DNA of 64,000 bases from Magnetospirillum sp. WYHS-4. GTDB taxonomy: Bacteria; Pseudomonadota; Alphaproteobacteria; Rhodospirillales; GLO-3. The notes under the pieces are model-generated. The model was not told the DNA's origin, did no database searches, and worked only from the letters and a program-made list of their open reading frames with translations. A program made the position numbers and the translations under genes. The stretch is from the NCBI GenBank assembly GCA_039908345.1, contig JAMOBD010000006.1, positions 2,329 to 66,328 of the forward strand. Reading direction: 5' to 3'. Shown here one piece after another: positions 58,560 through 64,000 of this stretch (position 1 is the first letter of the stretch; each line of letters opens with the position of its first letter).

Positions 58560-59411
58560 CTACTCCTGGAGAATGACGCCCAGTGCGCGGACATCGTCCC
58601 AATCGCGGTCGACCGCCGCCTCGAACCCCTTGAATGAGAGCTTGTCCAGAAGTTGACTGCCGATGGGGTCGCGGCCCATTCCCGACATCGCCTGGAACAC
58701 GACCTTCAATACCTGAGAAGGAACCCGCGGATGGGCAGCAATGGCATGGGACGTATAAGTCTCGGTTCGCCAGAGAATCCGTAGTTGGTCGCGGATCTCG
58801 GGGTCCATGCCGTCGAAGGTCCGAACGATCCCGCCCCCTGCCGGATAAAGGCCGGCCGCTACAGTCCGGTAGACCGAATCGTGGGATGAAACGAACTTGT
58901 GGAGGAACCTCACCCCTTCCTTTGTCAAAGCGGCCCGTGGCAACACACTTGCTGCGAACGCAGCCGGCGCCGGAAAAGCCAGGGTTAGTCCCGTCAGTTC
59001 CTGGACGGATTGGATGGAGGAATCCTTCCTGACCACCAGGATGCCCTGGATCATCCTGTCCTTTTCCTTGGCGAAGGCTTGGTAGCCAGGGTTGCGATGA
59101 AACACGGTGTAGTGATAGGGATTCATGTAGGCGAAGTCGAATTCGCCCTCGGCCAGCCTCTTCTCGAAAGTGGGGATGTCGGTCGCCGTCCTGAACTGGA
59201 GGGGAATCCCCGCATCCTCCCCGAGCTTCTTCAGGAAAGGAGTCCAGGCCTCAGCCAGCTTGGTGGCCGATTGCTGGGGAACAACCCCGAACGTCAAGGC
59301 TTCCGCCTGCGCGGACACGGGTGCGGCGCCGCCGGCCGCTCCCCAAAAGAACCATGCCCCCACCAGACCAAAAATAAGCGGGTGCCGGACGGATTCCCAC
59401 GCTCCTGTCAT
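58560..59411 (-). CDS. PhnD/SsuA-like periplasmic substrate-binding protein (probable sensor partner of the downstream kinase)
   Basis: ORF 58560..59411. Signal peptide, then LTFGVVPQQSATKLAEAWTPF, typical of PhnD-family binding proteins. 4-nt gap to the kinase gene. Confidence 0.75.
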   Translation of the reverse strand: MTGAWESVRHPLIFGLVGAWFFWGAAGGAAPVSAQAEALTFGVVPQQSATKLAEAWTPFLKKLGEDAGIPLQFRTATDIPTFEKRLAEGEFDFAYMNPYHYTVFHRNPGYQAFAKEKDRMIQGILVVRKDSSIQSVQELTGLTLAFPAPAAFAASVLPRAALTKEGVRFLHKFVSSHDSVYRTVAAGLYPAGGGIVRTFDGMDPEIRDQLRILWRTETYTSHAIAAHPRVPSQVLKVVFQAMSGMGRDPIGSQLLDKLSFKGFEAAVDRDWDDVRALGVILQE

Positions 59412-59552
59412 CGGCGACTCCTTGGCTCACCCCCCGGATTTCCGGGGTGTCTCCACGCCCATGAGCCATGCCCCATGGTTCTTCCATGCCTTGCCATGGT
59501 AGCAGAATTGGATTCGCAGAACCAAGGATTCTGGCATTCCGGAAGGGAGTCC

Positions 59553-60842
59553 TTACCGTTCCGCCTGGGCCAACTGATCGATGCCGGTGGCGCGGACTTC
59601 CAGGCAAGGAGTCTTGGACTTCGCCAGGACCTTGCAGGCCTTGGCCGCCTGGTCCTTGGACAGGCCCATCACGCGGGCGCGATAGACGGTCTTGCCTTTC
59701 TGCTGCACGGTCTCCACATGGGCGGTGCCGCCACCGGTGGCCCCCGCCACCTTGACCATGGCCTTGCGGGCCGCGTCCTTGGCTTGGCCGGGCAACTGGA
59801 AGGCCCCCACCTGCACGCCGAAGGCGCCCCCGCCTCCAGCCGTCGGGGCCTCGGCATCGCCATCGGACTCCGTCGGGCGGATGGCGGGACGGGAAACCTT
59901 GGCGACCTTGGATTCCCTTTCGGCCTTGGCCTTGCCACGCTTGGCCGCCTTGCGGACGGGCGCCGGATCGTAATCGCCTTCGGACGCGCTCGCGTCGACC
60001 GGGCCGTCGACCGCCGCCAAGTCGGCGATCGGCGCGCCGCTGCGGCCATCGAGGGAGTCGAATCCCTTATCGAGCAAAGCCGCCATGTGACGGTTGCGGT
60101 CGACCGGCGAGATGCCGCCGAAGACCACGCCGACGAGGCGTTGCTTGCCTCGCCGCGCCGAGGACACCAGATTGAATCCCGAGGCGCGGATATAGCCGGT
60201 CTTGATGCCGTCGGCGCCGTCGTAGGAATGGAGCAGCTTGTTGTGAGTGCGTAGCGTCTCGCCGCGGAAGTCGTACTCGGTGGCGGCGAAGTGGTGGTAA
60301 TGCTGCGGGAAGTGCCGCTGCAGCGCGAGGGCCAGCTTGGCCATGTCGCGCGCCGTGGTGAACTGCGCCTTGTGCGGCAACCCGGATGCATTGTGGAAGG
60401 TGGTCTGGGTCATGCCCAAGGCGCGTGCCTTGGCGGTCATCATCTTGGCGAACTCGGCCTCGGTGCCGCCCAACATTTCGGCGGTGATGACCGCGGCATC
60501 GTTGGCCGACTTGATGACCATGGCGGGAATGGCTTCGCGAACCAGCAGGAACTCGCCGGGTTCCAGGGCCAGCTTGGTCGGCGCCTGACCGGCGGCACGG
60601 ACCGAAACCGGCATGCGCGTGTCCAGGGCGACCTTGCCGTGTTCGAGGGCATCGAACAGCATGTATAAGGTCATCATCTTGGTCAGCGAGGCGGGATGGA
60701 CCTGGCGGTCGGGATCGACCGAATGCAGAACCTGGCCGCTGGCGGCGTCGATGACCAGCGATGCGTACTTGGCGGCCTGGGCCTCTGTCGGCAACCAGGG
60801 CAGGAAGGCAAGCGCCAGGGTCGCGGCGATGCGGCGCAACAT
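59553..60842 (-). CDS. D-alanyl-D-alanine carboxypeptidase (S11 PBP) with a C-terminal SPOR domain
   Basis: ORF 59553..61013 trimmed to MLRRIAATLALAF. SxxK (SLTK), SxN (SAN) and KTG motifs. C-terminal FGVQVGAF...YRARVMGLSKDQA is SPOR-like. Confidence 0.85.
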   Translation of the reverse strand: MLRRIAATLALAFLPWLPTEAQAAKYASLVIDAASGQVLHSVDPDRQVHPASLTKMMTLYMLFDALEHGKVALDTRMPVSVRAAGQAPTKLALEPGEFLLVREAIPAMVIKSANDAAVITAEMLGGTEAEFAKMMTAKARALGMTQTTFHNASGLPHKAQFTTARDMAKLALALQRHFPQHYHHFAATEYDFRGETLRTHNKLLHSYDGADGIKTGYIRASGFNLVSSARRGKQRLVGVVFGGISPVDRNRHMAALLDKGFDSLDGRSGAPIADLAAVDGPVDASASEGDYDPAPVRKAAKRGKAKAERESKVAKVSRPAIRPTESDGDAEAPTAGGGGAFGVQVGAFQLPGQAKDAARKAMVKVAGATGGGTAHVETVQQKGKTVYRARVMGLSKDQAAKACKVLAKSKTPCLEVRATGIDQLAQAER

Positions 60843-61094
60843 CTTGCCTCGGGCGCGGCGGGGAGCGAGGATATCCGTCGTGTCCGTCAAGCTTCCGGGT
60901 CCCTTATGGTCGATCCGGCCAATGGCGTGGAAGTCTAGGGGAGACCGGTCACGCTGTCCACGGCTTTCGGCCGCGCGGGCCGGAGAGGAAGGAGCTGGAA
61001 GGGCGCGGAGCATGGGGCCTCGCCTTGTTGCTTATTCGGGAACGACGATTCGGCTACCATGGTGGCCTCCCGTGCTGAAAAAAGGGTTAATGCG

Positions 61095-61820
61095 ATGCGC
61101 ACCGGCCTGACAAAGACCAGATGGAACAAGTGGTTGATCTTTCTCGTCGCCATCCCTGCCCTGGCGGGCTGCCAGTATACCGGCGCCGACCATCCGGTGG
61201 CCCGCAAGGCCAGTTGGCTCAGCTACCTGAGCGCCGACGACATCCGCGCCGGCTGCCGGGCGGGGGCGCCGGAGCGTTGGCGTTTGGTTTACAACGCCGT
61301 CTACCAGGAACAGGTACGAGCCTACGAAATCGAAGCCGGGGCCCCCGACGGCGGCGCACGCCTGACCGCCAAGGTCAACACCACCGCCAATCTGGCCAAC
61401 GTCGACATCGATCCGGCCCATCCGGACCCCTTCTCGCCCTGGCGGGACAAGGTGGCTCGCACCGACCTCCGTGCCCAGGATCTGGCCGCGTTCCGAACCG
61501 CCTTGAAGGACAGCGGCGTCTTCGGCCCGGCCGCGGTGGGGCTGGAATTGGATTCCGACGGCTTCTATTGGATCGTCGCCGGATGTTCGGAAGGCCGGAT
61601 GGTGTTCACCGGCTACGAGTGGCCCTCGCCCGCCTTCCTGGGGCTGCGCTTCGACAAGCCGCTGTTCGCCTGGGACTTCACCGGCGTGGCGGTGAATCCG
61701 CCGCGCAAGACCAGCAAGTTCGAGCTTTACGGCAAGACCCAACCCTCGCCAGGAGAGGATCGCGCCTTCCGGGTTCGTATCGGCGAGGGAGGCCTTTGGA
61801 GCCTGGGTTCCCGATTTTGA
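61095..61820 (+). CDS. lipoprotein of unknown function
   Basis: ORF 61059..61820 trimmed to MRTGLTKTRWNKWLIFLVAIPALAGC (lipobox LAGC). Confidence 0.6.
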   Translation: MRTGLTKTRWNKWLIFLVAIPALAGCQYTGADHPVARKASWLSYLSADDIRAGCRAGAPERWRLVYNAVYQEQVRAYEIEAGAPDGGARLTAKVNTTANLANVDIDPAHPDPFSPWRDKVARTDLRAQDLAAFRTALKDSGVFGPAAVGLELDSDGFYWIVAGCSEGRMVFTGYEWPSPAFLGLRFDKPLFAWDFTGVAVNPPRKTSKFELYGKTQPSPGEDRAFRVRIGEGGLWSLGSRF

Positions 61821-61914
61821 GTGCACTAGCGAAGCTTGAGGCCGGATTCAGCCCCTTATTTTATGAGAAATGTCGTTCAGTATCATATAATTAACTGTAG
61901 ATTTCCATCGCCAT

Positions 61915-61927
61915 TGTGCACTGCACA
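61915..61927. promoter_or_regulatory. palindrome TGTGCA-C-TGCACA upstream of the phasin promoter (candidate PhaR-type operator)
   Basis: Perfect 6-1-6 dyad read directly. Resembles the TGC-rich PhaR sites described in other alphaproteobacteria. Confidence 0.35.
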
Positions 61928-61936
61928 AAAATGGGC

Positions 61937-61965
61937 TTGACGGAGCCTGGGCGGCCGCCTATATT
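61937..61965 (+). promoter_or_regulatory. sigma70-type promoter of the phasin gene
   Basis: TTGACG (61937-61942), 17-nt spacer, TATATT (61960-61965). About 110 nt upstream of the phasin start. Confidence 0.55.
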
Positions 61966-61973
61966 CATCGTGA

Positions 61974-61988
61974 TGCTGCAGTGCAGCA
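61974..61988. promoter_or_regulatory. palindrome TGCTGCA-G-TGCAGCA just downstream of the -10 (candidate PhaR operator, contains CTGC-N3-GCAG)
   Basis: Perfect 7-1-7 dyad read directly. Positioned to occlude the transcription start. Confidence 0.4.
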
Positions 61989-62076
61989 AATGGAATCGAC
62001 GGGGCCGGGCCCCAAAGAGTCCGCCCCGTGGGCCATGCGGCCCGCAACCGGATAGCACATGCCAAGGAGCACGAAG

Positions 62077-62619
62077 ATGACCGCAAACAGCAACAAGAAG
62101 CCCGCCAATCCCCGCGAGCAGATGGAAGCCGCCGTCGAAGCCGGCAAGGAAACCCTGGAAGCCGCCGTCAAGGCCGGTACCGATGTGGCCGCCAAGAGCG
62201 TGGAAAAGGCCGTCGCCATGACCCGCGAGCAGGTCGAAGCCGCCGTCAAGGTCGGCACCGATGCCTTCAAGAGCTACGAGGACATCGTCGGCTTCGGCAA
62301 GGACAACGTGGATGCCGTGATGAAGTCGGGCACCGTCTTCGTCAAGGGCGTGCAGGACCTGCACAAGGTCATGTTCGGCCTGGCCCAGGCCTCCGTGGAA
62401 GAGAGCGTCGCCGCCACCAAGGCCCTCCTGGGCTGCAAGACCCTGCCCGAGGCGATCAAGGTCGGCAGCGACTACGCCAAGATCAACTACGAGAAGGCGA
62501 TGAACGAGTCACGCAAGCTTTCCGATCTGTCGCTGGCGGTGGCCGAGAATGCCATCTCGCCCCTCAGCGCCCGCGTGAACGTCGCCATCGAGAAGATCAC
62601 CCAGCCCATCGCTGCCTGA
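62077..62619 (+). CDS. phasin-family PHA granule-associated protein
   Basis: ORF 62059..62619. AAGGAG lies 7 nt before ATG 62077, so that start is preferred. Phasin_2-like repeated A/V/E/K helices. Confidence 0.8.
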   Translation: MTANSNKKPANPREQMEAAVEAGKETLEAAVKAGTDVAAKSVEKAVAMTREQVEAAVKVGTDAFKSYEDIVGFGKDNVDAVMKSGTVFVKGVQDLHKVMFGLAQASVEESVAATKALLGCKTLPEAIKVGSDYAKINYEKAMNESRKLSDLSLAVAENAISPLSARVNVAIEKITQPIAA

Positions 62620-62659
62620 GTCCTCCCTGTTTCCCCACAGTTCAGGCAGTAGATCCGAC

Positions 62660-62697
62660 GCCCGGCGGTTCCTCCCCCGCCGGGCGTCGCCCTTTTC
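62660..62697 (+). terminator. intrinsic terminator after the phasin gene
   Basis: GCCCGGCGG-ttcctccc-CCGCCGGGC stem-loop followed by GTCGCCCTTTTCC. Confidence 0.55.
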
Positions 62698-62759
62698 CGG
62701 GCCCCTGTCTCCACCCTTCGGGCGGAGCGATGAGCAATTCCGTCAAAGTGGGAATTGCT

Positions 62760-63452
62760 CTAGCGGGCCGACACCTGGGCGGTGAATACATAACCCACCG
62801 CATGCACCGTCTGAACGGGAAGCTCTTCCCCCGCGGTTTCCTGGACCTTGCGTCGCAGCCGGCGCATCAGCGTATCCAGGTTGCGATTGCCGAGGGAACC
62901 GTCCCCGTATTCCAGAGCACCCAGGATTTGCGAACGGGTCACCGTCCGGCCGGAGTTCCCGACCAGAAGGTCGAGCAGCGTCTTTTCCTTGGGTGTCAGG
63001 CGGATCGACGTGCCGCCGGGCGCCTTCAGCACCCAATAGACGGGATCGTAGCGCCAATTCGCGGTGCCATCGACCGTGGGGCGCCGATGGATGCGCGAGA
63101 CCATATTGTTGACCACGGCCGCCAGCTCGCGCGCCATCATCGGCTTGACGAAACAGAGGTCGGCGCCGGCCTGGTAGCCGCGGATTCGGTTCATGGGGTC
63201 TTCGCCGACAGTCAGGACGACGATGCCCATGTCGGTCGTGCTCCGGAGATGGTGGACGATTTCGTAGCCCTCCTGTTCCGGCAATTCCAGGTCGACCACG
63301 GCGACGTCGAAGGCCTTTCCGGTCAGACTGCGATAGAAACCCAGAGTGTCGCCGCTGCCGGCGGCGGCGATGCCTTCGCGGCGAAGCCCCTCGACGAGGC
63401 CGTCGCGAAGCATGGCCTCGCCTTCAACCACGATGACGCTACAGCTTTCCAT
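62760..63452 (-). CDS. OmpR/PhoB-family response regulator
   Basis: ORF 62760..63452. REC (VAVVDLELP) plus a winged-helix output domain (LTPKEKTLLDLL...VHAVGYVF). Confidence 0.85.
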   Translation of the reverse strand: MESCSVIVVEGEAMLRDGLVEGLRREGIAAAGSGDTLGFYRSLTGKAFDVAVVDLELPEQEGYEIVHHLRSTTDMGIVVLTVGEDPMNRIRGYQAGADLCFVKPMMARELAAVVNNMVSRIHRRPTVDGTANWRYDPVYWVLKAPGGTSIRLTPKEKTLLDLLVGNSGRTVTRSQILGALEYGDGSLGNRNLDTLMRRLRRKVQETAGEELPVQTVHAVGYVFTAQVSAR

Positions 63453-63629
63453 CTTCCATTCCCCCGCCGGAAGCAGCCGCGTCGGACCTTCGCCTCCGAA
63501 GGGATGCCCCCCAGAAGTTAGCCGGCCCTACCGGATAAAATCCATTTGCCCCCTTCTGGATTGTCCTCGCGCAAGGGCAAGAAACAACCGTCGGATTGGC
63601 ACAAATTGCGACACAAAGCGACCGAGGGG

Positions 63630-64000
63630 CTAGACCGCATCGCGGGCGGGGACGGGAACGTGGAGTTCGTACCGCGCCCGGCCCCCGCGCTTGGCGGCAT
63701 ATAGGGCGCCGTCGGCACGGGCCACCAGATCGTCGAAGGTGACGTCCAGTCCCTCGATGGCCTCGGCCAGTCCCAAGCTGCAGGAAATCCGCTGCCCGCC
63801 CATGCTGACCAGGCGGAGGATGTCCATCTCGGCGGCGAGGCGTTCGGCCAGCCCGGCCGCACCCGCCGCATCGGTTTCCGGCAGCAGAAGAAGGAACTCG
63901 TCTCCGCCCAGGCGGGCGGCCAGATCGGTGGTGCGAAGATTTCGGGCAATGGCATCGCCCAAGGCCCGGATGGCTTGGTCGCCGACCGCATGTCCGAAGG
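63630..64000 (-). CDS. GGDEF-domain protein, C-terminal part (gene continues beyond the window end)
   Basis: ORF 63630..63962 stays open upstream to the window edge. RLGGDEFLLLL motif and ADGALYAAKRGG. Confidence 0.75.
   Translation of the reverse strand, partial: FGHAVGDQAIRALGDAIARNLRTTDLAARLGGDEFLLLLPETDAAGAAGLAERLAAEMDILRLVSMGGQRISCSLGLAEAIEGLDVTFDDLVARADGALYAAKRGGRARYELHVPVPARDAV

Overview
Densely coding, GC-rich chromosomal segment. Gene content (flagellin-flaF, ATP12, phasin, cbbQ/O-like, sqr, spoT-rpoZ) suggests an alphaproteobacterium, possibly Rhodospirillales-like; this is inference only. I support about 59 protein genes and saw no rRNA, tRNA or CRISPR array. Most of the window is housekeeping or metabolism: queA, pyruvate carboxylase, modE-like plus modABC, sat, GH4 glycosidase, ald plus omega-transaminase, queF, CbbQ/CbbO-like pair, sqr, acpS-pdxJ, spoT-rpoZ, ATP12, asmA, bioF-bioH-bioC, pgm plus phosphomannomutase, flagellin-flaF, a DD-carboxypeptidase, phasin, and several two-component and c-di-GMP proteins. 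Two segments are visibly AT-richer than their surroundings (by eye, not computed) and carry the unusual content. (1) At 14.7-18.9 kb, a translationally coupled operon encodes a soluble multi-GAF-like histidine kinase, a stand-alone receiver and a class III nucleotide-cyclase-domain protein. (2) At 26.3-32.0 kb, a 5.7-kb two-gene cassette holds an Avs-like Mrr-nuclease/STAND/TPR protein converging on a frameshifted GT4-glycosyltransferase/kinase-like gene. This cassette is bracketed by a perfect 26-bp inverted repeat that contains both start codons and the stop codon of an adjacent tyrosine recombinase. I read that as a candidate invertible whole-gene expression switch. Many long ORFs in the track are antisense or alternate-frame artefacts of the high GC content and are not reported as genes.
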